Source: a virus
Lineage: Duplodnaviria > Caudoviricetes
Virus record (IMG/VR): IMGVR_UViG_3300017963_000331
Location: 1-52,062 of that record
DNA length: 52,062 bases
Strand: one strand, 5' to 3'
Below, piece after piece: positions 36,129 through 47,500 of this stretch. The first letter of the stretch is position 1. Each line of letters starts with the position of its first letter. The notes under the pieces are model-generated. The model was not told the DNA's origin and searched no databases. It worked only from the letters and a program-made list of their open reading frames with translations. Made by a program: the position numbers and the translations under genes.

Positions 36129-38459
36129 ATGGCGAACCATCGCAAGCTACACGTCGATTTCCCTCTTGGTGGCTTGGACCGCTCTGGTCCCTACCGTCAG
36201 CAGCCGCCCTTCACTACCACCGACATGCGAAACGTGCGAGCATACGGCACGGCGGAAGGTAGACGCCGTGGGGGTTCCCGCCCCGGTCTGGTTGAGTCCC
36301 ATAGAACCGATATCGGGGGCTCCGTCCGTATGCTCCACAATATGCAGCTCACGCTGTCTGATGGTTTCACGGCGTGGAGCGATAACTTTGATGGGTCGTC
36401 CATGGGGGATGCGTGGTCGCAGGCTAGCTGGTCGTCGAACCAGCCGTCGATCCTTCCAGGTGCGCTAGCCTCGATTGACAACAGTGTCGCCGACGCTGCG
36501 TCTGTGAGGGATCAGATCACGACCCTTGACACTTCCAACTCGTACGCAGTCGAAGCGTTCCTTGTGCCGTGGGATGGCGCGTGGCACGGGTCTTACTCGA
36601 TCTATCTTCGGCTCGACAACACGACGCCCGCCTTCGAGACGGACGGCGTTGAGGTGAAGCTCACCATGACTGGGTCGAGCGGCAACATTACCGCAGAACT
36701 CAATTCATACCTTGCCTCCGTGAAGACCGTCACTGACTCCGATACGATTGCGTTCACTGAAGCTAGCCCCGGCTGGCTCACGGTGGTCGTGAGCGGGACG
36801 ACTGTGACGGTGTACTTCCAGGGCACGCAGATTCTTACCGGCACGGTTGGAGCGCAGACCGGCACTCGCGTCGGGCTTGGGCTCGAATGCACTGTCGACG
36901 GTGGGCTTTGCCTCATGAACACATTCCGCGTCCAGTATTACTCGACGTCCACTTTGCCCGCTTCCCGTACTCTGCTTGTCGCATCGGCAGACGGGAACCT
37001 CTGGTACGAAGAGTTCTATGGCGTTATGACGCAACTGTCCACGAACCTGTCGCTACGGGATGACGTACGCCTCTCTTCAGCGCAGGGCGGGCAGTTGCTC
37101 TACATCTGTGACTACGGGCTTGCGAAGGACGGCACCGATGGTACGGTGAGTGGTACGACGTTTGACGACGTCGCAGGAACGGACTGGTCCGCGATAGGAG
37201 CCAACATTTATGATTACGTGGTCGTGCTTGACAACGTCACGGGGGATACGGCAGCAGGCGTCTATGCGATCTCCGCGATTGCTGCCGGTTCCATTACCTT
37301 GGCCAGCGCACCCGGCGATGGAACGTGCTCATACCGGGTCGAGCGGCAGATCAAAGTCTATGACCATGAAGCGGGTACGCTTTCATTGCTCACGGCAACG
37401 GCTGGGCAGATACCGACCGGAAACCACCTCATGGTGCGTTATCTGGATCGCCTATTTATCGGCGGTGGCGACCTCGCACCTAACGCATGGTTCGCTTCCA
37501 AGCAAGGGGATTATACCGATTGGGACTACACCGACGAAACATCGCAGCGGGCGATCTATGGGCCGACGAGCGAACAGGGCGTTCCTGGACCGCCTTTGAC
37601 GGCGTTCGCCGCGACGTCCGACGATTACCTCATCATTTCGTGCGCTACGCAGTGCCATCGCATGAGGGGCGATCCTGCGTATGGTGGTAGCATGGACGTC
37701 TTGAGTGAGACTATCGGAACCGTCGACTCTCACGCGTGGGCCCACGGACCATCGGGCGAGTATGTCTTCCTGTCTCGCGACGGACTGTACGCCATCGGTG
37801 CCGGTGGGAATACGTTCCCAATCCCTCTGTCGCGTGAGGTCTTGCCTCGCGAGTTCCGTAATCTCGATATCGAGATCATGGAAGCGACGATGGGGTACGA
37901 CATTCAGGGCAGGGGTATTCACGTATTCCTTACGCCGGAGGATAGCAATGATCGCATTCACTGGTGGTTCGACTGGGAAGGAAAGACCTTTTGGCCACTT
38001 ACACTCCAGAGCAGTCACGAACCTACTTCCGTTTGCGTTGTGCAATCAACATCTATTGAAGCTTCGGGAGTTATCCTGGGTAGCAAGGATGGCAAGCTAC
38101 GCATGTTCAACGACCTCGCAGCGAACGACTGCGGGACCGCGTTCTCCGCGTGGGTCTTGCTAGGCCCGATCGCGCTCAACAACGACGGAGAGCTTGGCAA
38201 CATTATCACGATTGACGCCGTCATGGGCTCCGAGAGTGGCAATGTGTCGTGGGCTCTGCTTGTTGCCGACACGTTCCAGGAAGTGGCGTCTGCAACCGCA
38301 GCGCAGACCGGCACGTTCGTTGCCGGGCTCAACTACACTGTTCGACCGTCCGTGCGTGGTCAAGCGTTCTCGCTGAAGCTCACGTCGGTCGCTCACAATC
38401 GGTTTATGTGTGAGAACATCCTCGTCGTGACACGGCGGGCGGGTAGAAGGAGAATCTAA
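36129..38459 (+). CDS. Tail nozzle / stabilisation protein (P22 gp10 or T7 gp12-like beta-propeller) with an inserted domain
   Basis: FPLGGLD...MRNVR N-terminus, YLDRLFIGG, FLSRDGLY; 776 aa; typical position. Confidence 0.7.
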   Translation: MANHRKLHVDFPLGGLDRSGPYRQQPPFTTTDMRNVRAYGTAEGRRRGGSRPGLVESHRTDIGGSVRMLHNMQLTLSDGFTAWSDNFDGSSMGDAWSQASWSSNQPSILPGALASIDNSVADAASVRDQITTLDTSNSYAVEAFLVPWDGAWHGSYSIYLRLDNTTPAFETDGVEVKLTMTGSSGNITAELNSYLASVKTVTDSDTIAFTEASPGWLTVVVSGTTVTVYFQGTQILTGTVGAQTGTRVGLGLECTVDGGLCLMNTFRVQYYSTSTLPASRTLLVASADGNLWYEEFYGVMTQLSTNLSLRDDVRLSSAQGGQLLYICDYGLAKDGTDGTVSGTTFDDVAGTDWSAIGANIYDYVVVLDNVTGDTAAGVYAISAIAAGSITLASAPGDGTCSYRVERQIKVYDHEAGTLSLLTATAGQIPTGNHLMVRYLDRLFIGGGDLAPNAWFASKQGDYTDWDYTDETSQRAIYGPTSEQGVPGPPLTAFAATSDDYLIISCATQCHRMRGDPAYGGSMDVLSETIGTVDSHAWAHGPSGEYVFLSRDGLYAIGAGGNTFPIPLSREVLPREFRNLDIEIMEATMGYDIQGRGIHVFLTPEDSNDRIHWWFDWEGKTFWPLTLQSSHEPTSVCVVQSTSIEASGVILGSKDGKLRMFNDLAANDCGTAFSAWVLLGPIALNNDGELGNIITIDAVMGSESGNVSWALLVADTFQEVASATAAQTGTFVAGLNYTVRPSVRGQAFSLKLTSVAHNRFMCENILVVTRRAGRRRI

Positions 38460-41400
38460 ATGGCTGACAGGAGAAAGCGGGTTCCTAATCCGCACTCGCC
38501 GGTCGAAATGCGCCGTGCGGTCGCCCACCTCAACGATGACGTCGAGACTGTCGAGGGTGACCTTGCTGCGTTCATCATCCTCGTAGCTGCGACATACGTT
38601 CCATACACCGGCGCCCATAGCGACGTCGACCTCGGCTCGCAGAACTTCACGACGACCGGCGACATGTTCGCGAACGAGCTGACGCTGACCGACGACGCGA
38701 ACTGCGTCAACGTACTGGCCAGCGGCACGGTCTACGCCAACCAGATCGCCATCAACACTCCGACGCCGTTCGCGACTGCGAAGGCTCATATCGTCGGTGC
38801 AAACGGGGTAGTGACCGACTCTGATGCGCACTCGGACGATCCGATTGTGCTTGAGAACAACGACGACTGCAATATCAACTCGATCTCGAATCCAGCGAAG
38901 TGGGGTACGTTCCTGTTTAGCGATGACGTTCGTGGCGTTGCTGCGTTCGGATGGAATCACAACACGAACATGTTCTCACTGTTCTGTAGCGATGGATCGA
39001 CTACGGCGAACCAGACTAACCAGACCATCTTTAACGTGCATAGCACTGGCGTCGGCATCGGCGGTCCAGGAAATGGTGCGCAGACGAAGTCGTCTACGGA
39101 AGTCCTGCGGCTGTACGGAACGACGTACGACACGCACTGGTACTACGGTTCAGACGAGGACGTTTACATTCGCCCTGGAAAAGCTACTGGTAACGTCTAC
39201 ATCTGCGACCAGGGCAACGACGTTTACATTGGAAACAGTAGCACTGTTTACGTTAGCGGCAGCGTCGAGGTCACTGGAGACGTGTCGTGCGTGAATATCA
39301 CGCAGACTGGGTACATCACTGGCACAGACTATATCCAGTTCGACACGACGTTCTCTGACGGTTCGGCTGAGGGACGACTCCAGTGGAACTCTGACGACGG
39401 AACGCTCGAAGTCGGTATGCCGGGCGGCAATGTGAACTTGCAGATCGGGCAGGAGATCATCTTTCGCGTCAGGAATACGACGGGTAGTACGATCAATAAC
39501 GGCGACATTGTTCGTGTGACCGGCGCTACCGGTAACATGCTACTTGTCGGCCTCGCAGACAACACGAGTGTGTACCCTGGCAACCAGCCGATGGCAATGG
39601 CTACCGAGGATATCGCGCACAATGCGAACGGATACGTGACGGTGTTCGGTGCGGTGCGTGACATGGACACGAGCGCGTGGGCCGAGGGAACGTACTTGTA
39701 TCTCGGCACTGCTGGCGGAATGACCTCGACGGTCCCGACTGCACCGGCTGCGAAAGCTCTCGTGGCTGTCGTCGCGAGGCAGCACGCCACCGAGGGTGCA
39801 GTTGTCTTCAGGTGGGCTACGCCGTTCGCGATGCACACGATTAGCGACGTCCACGCTCCGAACGGAGACGAGGACGAGGGTGAGATCCTCTACTGGAACG
39901 CAACGAACTCTCGATACGAGCTTGGTAATCACGACAGCATTACTGGTCGCGACTCGCTCACGGCTCACGAGCAGTACGGCGACCTCAATACCGGATGGAA
40001 CCCGACAGCGTTCTCAGACGTGACGATCTCTGTTGACGCTGGCACCAGGACGCTCACAGTCACGCCGACAGGGGCTTCCGCTGAGTATTGGATCGCTGGC
40101 ACGGAATACTCGATCACCTCGGCTGATAGCGTCGTGTGGGGCGACACGGATGGTATGTGGTTCATCTACTACGAGGGCGGAACACTGACCGCCTCGCAGA
40201 CGCCATGGGACTTCGGTGACGACAAGGCGTTCACCGTGTTGCTCTACTGGAACTCGACGGACGGGAATATCGTCGGGTGGGCGCCAGAGCTACACTCGTG
40301 GAGAATGAACGACAAGCTGCACGAGTACCTTCACGAGACGTTCGGCTGCCGGTGGTCGAGTGGTCTTGGCGTCGCGATCAATGGCGACTACCTAGACGTC
40401 GGCACTGGCGAATTGTACGACGAAGACATTGAGTGCAACATTACCGACGACCTAGGCTCTGGCTGGTTCGATCAGACCCTCACGAACTTGAGCGCACCGA
40501 TCTTGTGGCGTGAAGGCACGCCCGGCGTCTGGCGGATTCAGGCGGCATCGACTACGCCAGTCCTGTTGGCCAGCAACATCCCGCAGATCAACATCGACAC
40601 TGCCGGAACGTGGTCGCTAGATGACGTGACTGTCAACCGATACTTCGCTATGTGGGTTATCGCTTCGACTCGTAGCGACTACCCGGTGTTCCTCGTCCCC
40701 GGTCAGGAGGACGGCGCTTCGCTGTCGGATGCGAGGGATGGGAATCAACTCGCTGACATGGAGTTCGGCGACTTGCCGGTCGTAGAGACGAAGGTCATTG
40801 CACGTGTGATCTGTCAGCGCCAAGTAGGATCTCCGTACTACAACCTCGTCGAGGTCGCTGACTACCGCAACGTCGTTGATGAGCCAAGTGGAACGGCAGC
40901 GGTCATTGGCGACCATGGCAACCTGATCGGTCTTGGCGACGTCGCGGACCATCCGGGGTATTCGCTTATCGACGGAACGCGGGACTTCACTGGCGTGGTC
41001 GTTGGCGTTACGCCGACGCTCGACACGCACCTCGCGACCAAGGGCTATACGGATGACTATGCTGACGGTGTCATGACGACGCACTTGGCAACATACAATC
41101 ACGACAACTACGATACCGCGTACTCGTGGGGCGACCACGACGGGCTCTACGATCCAGTCGGCTCTGCGTCCGCTGCCGTCGCTACTCACGAGTCGACATG
41201 GGACCATGATCTCTTCGGGGTTGACGCAATCGCTGTCACGAATGGTGACACGGCGTCCATGTCAATCGGCATGGCTGCATATGTGAGCGGCGCTGACACG
41301 GTGAAGCGTGCCAAGGCTGACGCGTCTGGTACGGCTCGCGTAGCCGGTCTGATGGTCGCGACGACTGGGGCGGCTGGCTCTGGACATATCAAGACCGAAG

Positions 41401-41612
41401 GCACTCTGACCGCCACTACGGGTGAATGGGACGCGATTGCGGGCACAACTGGTGGACTGACAGCAGGCACGCTATACTATCTAAGTTCCGGCACTGCTGG
41501 ATATCTGACCTCAACGGCACCCACGTCGGTGGGCCAGTTCGTTACAGAGATCGGCGAAGCAATGTCAACGACCAAGATGAGAATTAGCATCCGAAGAACG
41601 ATAGGTTTGTAA
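38460..41612 (+). CDS. Multi-domain tail fibre
   Basis: YVPYTGA.SDVDLG motif, two related cement-like domains, and His-containing repeats. Confidence 0.75.
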   Translation: MADRRKRVPNPHSPVEMRRAVAHLNDDVETVEGDLAAFIILVAATYVPYTGAHSDVDLGSQNFTTTGDMFANELTLTDDANCVNVLASGTVYANQIAINTPTPFATAKAHIVGANGVVTDSDAHSDDPIVLENNDDCNINSISNPAKWGTFLFSDDVRGVAAFGWNHNTNMFSLFCSDGSTTANQTNQTIFNVHSTGVGIGGPGNGAQTKSSTEVLRLYGTTYDTHWYYGSDEDVYIRPGKATGNVYICDQGNDVYIGNSSTVYVSGSVEVTGDVSCVNITQTGYITGTDYIQFDTTFSDGSAEGRLQWNSDDGTLEVGMPGGNVNLQIGQEIIFRVRNTTGSTINNGDIVRVTGATGNMLLVGLADNTSVYPGNQPMAMATEDIAHNANGYVTVFGAVRDMDTSAWAEGTYLYLGTAGGMTSTVPTAPAAKALVAVVARQHATEGAVVFRWATPFAMHTISDVHAPNGDEDEGEILYWNATNSRYELGNHDSITGRDSLTAHEQYGDLNTGWNPTAFSDVTISVDAGTRTLTVTPTGASAEYWIAGTEYSITSADSVVWGDTDGMWFIYYEGGTLTASQTPWDFGDDKAFTVLLYWNSTDGNIVGWAPELHSWRMNDKLHEYLHETFGCRWSSGLGVAINGDYLDVGTGELYDEDIECNITDDLGSGWFDQTLTNLSAPILWREGTPGVWRIQAASTTPVLLASNIPQINIDTAGTWSLDDVTVNRYFAMWVIASTRSDYPVFLVPGQEDGASLSDARDGNQLADMEFGDLPVVETKVIARVICQRQVGSPYYNLVEVADYRNVVDEPSGTAAVIGDHGNLIGLGDVADHPGYSLIDGTRDFTGVVVGVTPTLDTHLATKGYTDDYADGVMTTHLATYNHDNYDTAYSWGDHDGLYDPVGSASAAVATHESTWDHDLFGVDAIAVTNGDTASMSIGMAAYVSGADTVKRAKADASGTARVAGLMVATTGAAGSGHIKTEGTLTATTGEWDAIAGTTGGLTAGTLYYLSSGTAGYLTSTAPTSVGQFVTEIGEAMSTTKMRISIRRTIGL

Positions 41613-42811
41613 TGGGCGGAGCATATACCTCGAAGCCTGACGCAACGACAGCCGTTGATGTGCCTCCCGATTGGAACCCGGAGTGGACGCATCCCGGTCC
41701 TTGGCCCCCTGGCTACACGCCAACGCTTACTATCGTGTCTACCGGCGCCGCGACCATCGCGTACAACGGCTCGATCAATGCTATCTCGACGCTCTACGAC
41801 AACGACTCGTACAAGACGACTGACCCCGGCGAGAGCCTAACGTACTCCGCGACAATGAACGGCGCGGTAGTCGGGATGCGGTGGAGCGGCGGATCGACGT
41901 ACTACACGACGTTGACGCAGGTGTTCGCCGACCTTGGCTCCGGGTTCTACGGAAACGACAGGACGATTGAATTCGATCTTGAGGAGAGCGACGAGGAGCG
42001 CAGTGTCATCGTAACGATAGCCGGAACTCCGTTCGATCAGTCGGTGAGCGATACGGTTATCGCGACGATAGAGGCAGCCAGTGGGACCATCAGGTTCTAC
42101 GGGACGGTCACCTATTCGACAGGGCAGGGCGTTCCGAATGTGTACGTTAGTGTGAATTACTACGTTCCTCCGTTCGGGTTCCCAGTCAATAAGAATACCG
42201 TGACCGACGAGAATGGCGAGTGGGAAGTCGAGCATGACTACGTTGAGGGTAACTTGTACAGCGTGTCTGCGTGGGCGCAGAGCGGAAGCGACGCACTGCT
42301 GGATCAAGACTCGTTCAGCTTGTTCGCACAAGACCCAGTCGACGACGAGGACGAGGAGGTGAACCTCCAGTACGCACAGTTTGCTTCTGGTGCAACGCTC
42401 GTCATGTCTGTTAGCGGGTCGTCCCCTGGTGTCGATGAAGCGAATATCGGCAGGCTGAATAGTAGCGGCGGAAGCAACTCAGCCGAAATGGAGTTGATTC
42501 AAAGCAACAGCGGGTGGACGCCAGACGACACGTACTGGACGATGGTGCATGACCCTGACGGTACGGGGACCGTGACGGTCGACTACGACGCGTACAACGC
42601 GTCGATGAATGGAGGAGGGAACCTTAGCCTTTACGCATACTGCACGACCGGTGGTAGCACCACGACGAGTGCAACCGTCACTGTCGAGCTGAACGACGGG
42701 AACGGCAGTCAGGTATTCAGCGATAGCGTTGTTGGTACTGATCCTGGTGGAGGTGGCGGCAACACACTACAATGGCTCACGTTCGATGAAACTGGCGGAA
42801 CTGAAATCTAG
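41612..42811 (+). CDS. Acidic virion protein with Ig-like / carboxypeptidase-regulatory-like domains
   Basis: GTVTYSTGQGVPNVYV...TVTDENGEW pattern; beta-rich. Confidence 0.6.
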   Translation: MGGAYTSKPDATTAVDVPPDWNPEWTHPGPWPPGYTPTLTIVSTGAATIAYNGSINAISTLYDNDSYKTTDPGESLTYSATMNGAVVGMRWSGGSTYYTTLTQVFADLGSGFYGNDRTIEFDLEESDEERSVIVTIAGTPFDQSVSDTVIATIEAASGTIRFYGTVTYSTGQGVPNVYVSVNYYVPPFGFPVNKNTVTDENGEWEVEHDYVEGNLYSVSAWAQSGSDALLDQDSFSLFAQDPVDDEDEEVNLQYAQFASGATLVMSVSGSSPGVDEANIGRLNSSGGSNSAEMELIQSNSGWTPDDTYWTMVHDPDGTGTVTVDYDAYNASMNGGGNLSLYAYCTTGGSTTTSATVTVELNDGNGSQVFSDSVVGTDPGGGGGNTLQWLTFDETGGTEI

Positions 42812-42821
42812 GAGACAGATA

Positions 42822-43508
42822 ATGGCTACTCCTCAACAGCGAGCGAACGCCGCTCGCGCGAAAGAAGATGCACGGCTGGCTGCGGCCAGGAGTCGTTCGT
42901 ACGGCTCGCATCGCGACACGTCGCAAGACATTGGGTTCCGCAGTCTCCAGCAGACTTGGAACACGCCCACGGTTGTGTCAGCTCGCACCGACACTCCGCA
43001 GGCGCAGGCCGACTCGGAGATCCGAATGTTGCAGACGCAACTCCTGAAGTCGAAGCTTCAGGGTCCGACTGCCGGTGTGCAGTCTGGCATGGCGTCGCTT
43101 GTGAATCAGTACAACCGTGCGTTCCAAGCCGCCAAGACTCAGAACGAGCAACGGTTCCAGCAGATGCTTGGCATTGCTGACGCAACCACGCAGCAGCGCG
43201 CGGCTGATATTCGTTCGCAGGGCACTGCCCGAATCGGCGATATCCGTCAGCGGTTGTCTCGGTCTGGTCTTGGCGGCACGTCGGTCGGCAACGTCGAGGA
43301 GCAGGGAGTCGAGCGGTCGACAAGCTCGCAGCTCAACCTCCTCGCCGATCAGATGCAGGGAACCAAGCTTGGCATCCTGAATCAGATGCAGCCCGCCTTC
43401 CCGGATCTCGCGGCAACTCAGTCCACATTGGCCGGTGTGGCAAGTCAGTATGAAGGCGGCACCGGGTTGCCTTCGCTCCTTCAGTCCCTCTCGAAACTCA
43501 AGAGCTGA
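42822..43508 (+). CDS. Internal virion (ejection) protein
   Basis: Gln/Ala/Ser-rich helical protein with LSRSGLGGTS; ATG 42822 after GGAG. Confidence 0.65.
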   Translation: MATPQQRANAARAKEDARLAAARSRSYGSHRDTSQDIGFRSLQQTWNTPTVVSARTDTPQAQADSEIRMLQTQLLKSKLQGPTAGVQSGMASLVNQYNRAFQAAKTQNEQRFQQMLGIADATTQQRAADIRSQGTARIGDIRQRLSRSGLGGTSVGNVEEQGVERSTSSQLNLLADQMQGTKLGILNQMQPAFPDLAATQSTLAGVASQYEGGTGLPSLLQSLSKLKS

Positions 43509-43510
43509 AA

Positions 43511-44575
43511 ATGACCAGAGCACCAATCATCGGAAGCGTGCAGCAGGGGAGCCAGGGCGCCGGTCAGATGCTAGCGCAGGCTGGCCAAGGCTCCCTGAAC
43601 CGCCTGACGCGGGCTTACCAGGAACAGCAGCGACTCGACAACGCGCAGGTTCAAGCTGAGGCGCAGCGTGCGCAGCAGCGAGACTTGCAGGCGACCTCGA
43701 TAGCCGCTGCCCATCAACAGCAGATCGCGGGCATCGACGCGCAGCAGGAGAACCAGCGGTTCCTTGCTGACGAGCAGATGAAGCGAATGGTTGTCGGAGC
43801 AGGGCTTGAGGAGGAAGCCAGGGTCCAGGCGTTCGAGAACTCGCTGACCGTTGCTCGCGAACAGGCGAGGCAGCAGGCGGCTACGTTTGACCGGAAGTTC
43901 ACGATGGAACAGCGTGTCCAGGACGCGCGGTTCGCTCGTGCCGAACAGATGATCGAGGATGCAGACTACCTCGACGACCGGCAGAAGCAGATCGCCCTAA
44001 CGCGTCTCGCGGAAGCCAGGGCGACGAACTCGCGACCGACCGAGGTGCTTGGCGATCCGAACGCCAAGACGTTCCCGGAGGGTCAGGGCATCGGTGAGTT
44101 CTGGACCGATGAGGCAACCGGTGCTCTCATGTCTCGTGAAGCGAACGGCGATCCACGGATGCACGCCGACTACACGAAGACACGTGCCGGTCAGGCTGAG
44201 GCTCTGCAAGCCGAGGCGCAGATCAAGCAGGCAGAGATCGCCGTCGAACGCGAGCAGGCTATCTTCACGTCGGAGCTGAAGCAGCGCGAGACGATGGCGC
44301 TTGAGGTCGCGAAGTACGCAGCCGGGACAGACAAGGAAGGGAATCACCCCGGTCCAGATTCCGTGAAGAAGTTCGCTGACACAATGCGTCAGTACATGGG
44401 TGGAGGTCAGCAGCAGTCCTTCGACGCTCCGCCTGAAGTCCTTCAGAGTGCCGAATTGATTAAACAGTTCCAGGCCAGCGGCGCGTCGTTCGCGTCGCTT
44501 TCTCGCGAAGAACAACGTCAGCTTGAGAATGCCGCTCGCCAGACGAAGCGGTGGAGACTCCAAAATGCCAATTGA
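43511..44575 (+). CDS. Internal virion (ejection) protein
   Basis: Gln/Ala-rich coiled coil; second of three size-ascending genes. Confidence 0.65.
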   Translation: MTRAPIIGSVQQGSQGAGQMLAQAGQGSLNRLTRAYQEQQRLDNAQVQAEAQRAQQRDLQATSIAAAHQQQIAGIDAQQENQRFLADEQMKRMVVGAGLEEEARVQAFENSLTVAREQARQQAATFDRKFTMEQRVQDARFARAEQMIEDADYLDDRQKQIALTRLAEARATNSRPTEVLGDPNAKTFPEGQGIGEFWTDEATGALMSREANGDPRMHADYTKTRAGQAEALQAEAQIKQAEIAVEREQAIFTSELKQRETMALEVAKYAAGTDKEGNHPGPDSVKKFADTMRQYMGGGQQQSFDAPPEVLQSAELIKQFQASGASFASLSREEQRQLENAARQTKRWRLQNAN

Positions 44576-47500
44576 TAAAGACGTCTTCGATGCAGCCGAT
44601 GCAATCCTGAACCAAGGTGCTAGGCCGATGCCGAGGGAGATCGTGGCGGGTGCCGACGATATTCTGAAGCAAGCCGACTCACAGCAGGTCAGGATGCAGC
44701 GGCACGCGGAAGCGGACCTCAAGGCTCGCGAGGGTAGGTTCCTCGGGTCGCCGTTCATGCGCACCGTCACGATGAAGGCTGGTGCGACTGGTGGCGGTTT
44801 GCTTGCGAGGTTCACGGGGCACGAGGATGCCGCGAACCGCGTGCATCGCTTGTCGGCAGCCTACACCAAGGCTCATCAGGAAATGCTAAAGCAGCAAGAG
44901 TTCCCAGGTGTCGACGCGGTTGCACAGAAGACGTTGCAGATTGGTACTGAAATGACGGCGCAGGCGCCGTTCATTGGGCTCGCCGCATTCGGCGGTGCCC
45001 CTGCGATCATCGGTCAGGCTGCCGTCACGACAGCCGACCGGTCTTACACTGACGCGCTGGACGCTGGCAAGTCGCCGCGAGCCGCTGCGCAACACGCCAT
45101 CGGTATGGGCGTGATCGAGGGCGGGATCACGAGCGCGTTCCAGATGCTAGGTCTTGGTGGTGTCGAGAAGGTCTTGGGCCGAACGGCGAAGCCCGCCATG
45201 ACTGCTGGTGTGAAAGAGACTGCGAAGCGGTTCGGCATCACGACCGGGCAAGAGCTTGTCGAGGAGTTGAGTATCAGCCTTGGCCAAGCGATGTTCGAGG
45301 ATCACGTGACCGGCGTCGCGCCGAAAGGGTGGGAGCGATTCAAGGCGACCGCTGGCGACGTCGCGTTGCAGACTATCTTCACGTCGCTCGCCTACTCGGC
45401 GCCGGGCGAGATCAGCAACGCTGGTCGGCAGAAGCTCATCGACGGTCGCGGGAAGATTCTTCAGATCGCCAACGAGGGCAGGGCTCCGACCCGCAAGGAA
45501 TGGAAGTCAATGGGCTTCTCGCGGTTCAGCGGGCTCACTGAACAGTCGCGGCTCGATGCGGTCACGGAAATGGCAGATCAGCTTCAGCAGGCGTACCTTA
45601 GCCGGTTGCAGGAGCCGGAGGGTCCGCAGATGGAGATCCCGCAGGAGTTCGAGGCGTTCATGATGGAGCCAGCCGGGCCCGAGGGAGCCCCATCTGGCCA
45701 GCAGGAGGCAGCCCCGGTTCAGCCGGAAGCCGCCCCGGTCAGCCCAACTTCAGCCGAAGTTCAGCCGGAAGCCGCGCCAGTGGCCCCAGTTGAGCCGGTA
45801 GCGGCACCGGAGGCTCCTCCGGCTGTCGAGACTCCCACGGAGCCGGAGACGCTCCAGGGCGACGAGACGGGGACTGCGAGGCGGTTTACGGAGGCACTGC
45901 GGGCCGACGTCGAGCTTCCGGGGCTTGAGGACGCCGTGCCCGAGGAGCGGCAGCAGTGGGTGGACGACGCGATAGCCAGGGGCGAGAAAGACCCTGACTG
46001 GACCGACAAGCTACTCAACACCCTCGGGAACAATAAGAAGCGGGTGCTTACCAAGGTCGAGGTCGCCGGGCTTGGAATCCATATCCGCAAGCTGAAGAAC
46101 GACGTCGAGGCTCTGCGCGAGCAAGCGAAGTCGGATGATATCTATGTCGCGGAGCAAGCCCGCCATGAAATGGCGGAAGCAATCCATCAGATCAACCTCG
46201 TCACCGAGAAGACGAAGGGCGGGCTGACGGAGAACGCACGCGCACTCAATGCGGCAGCTCTGGCGTTCAGCAAGGACTTCACGTTCTCGACCATCGCTGC
46301 GCGTGAGGCAGCCGAGAAGGGCGCCCCGCTCAACCGGAAAGAGATCAACGAGATTTCGAGGCTTACCGATCTGATCGCGAAGAAGGACAAGACGATCGCG
46401 CAGCTCGAAGAGAATGTTCGCACGTCGTCCGTCGCGACTGCGGTGCGTGATGCTCGTCGCCGTGGCGGCGTGAAGCGACCGTCCAGGAAGAAGGTCCAGA
46501 AGCAGAAGAAGGTTCGCGACGCAATCAGCGCGTTCAAGTCCGTTGCGTTCGAGGGCGGCAAGCTCGCCGACTTCGTTAAGGCGGAAGCTGGTGCGTTCAA
46601 CATCGACGCCATCTTGGCCGGTGTCAAGGTCATCGAAGCCGCAGTCGATCTCGGGGCTACGACGTTCTCGGAGTTTTGGGCGGAGAACGTGAGCGACCTC
46701 GGGTTTGAGGCGCGTGCGCTGTTCAAGTCTGCGTGGGGCAAAGCGCAGCATGACGGCATCATTCCGCAGATGGCATTCAGGAAGGACAACTACGCGGACA
46801 TTGCGAAGTACGCCAGAAAGATGTTGAACGCGGTCGTCGATGGCGGGGTTGTCGACACCGACGAGGTGATCGCCGAGGTCCACGAGGAAATGAGCAAGGT
46901 GGTCGCCGACTTCACGAAGGCGAACACGATTGACGCGATTACCGGTCAGGGTAACTTCAAGCCCGGCAAGCGCGGTCGCACTGCGGCGCAGCAAGCTGTC
47001 GCCGATATCAAGCAGCAGCTCAAGCTTCAGCGAGAGCTGGAGAGTATCGAGGCTGGCGCCGTTCCGACGACGACGCCTCGCACTCCGAAGCAGGACGCCC
47101 CGGCAGTCGCGGCTCTGAAGAACGAGATTGCGGACGCTAAGGCGAACTCGCAGAACATCGCAGACGACAAGGCTCGTCGCGCGGAGAACGCAAGGATCGC
47201 GAAGCTGGAACAGAAGCTCGCGGACGTCCAGGCTGGCAAGGTCGAGCTACCGGCCAGGAAGGCGAAGGCTGAGGATTCGGATGCCGTTAAGAATCTGAAG
47301 AAGCAACTGAAGGAAGCCGAGGACACGTCGCCGGTCTTGAAGCGTATGCGTGCCGCACGCCGCGAGGGCGACTACACCGAGACGCTTGAGCGGCAGCTCG
47401 CGGACTACCAGCGGCGCCTCGACGAGGATGACATTCAGCCGACGCCGACACGACCGACGCCGACGTCAGATCGTATCAAGCAGCTCAAGCATGAGGTCGA

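Noticed and set aside
45700-45850. DNA repeat GTTCAGCCGGAAGCCGC as a regulatory or mobile repeat
   Set aside because: It encodes the repeated VQPEAAPV peptide in a low-complexity linker of the ejection protein.
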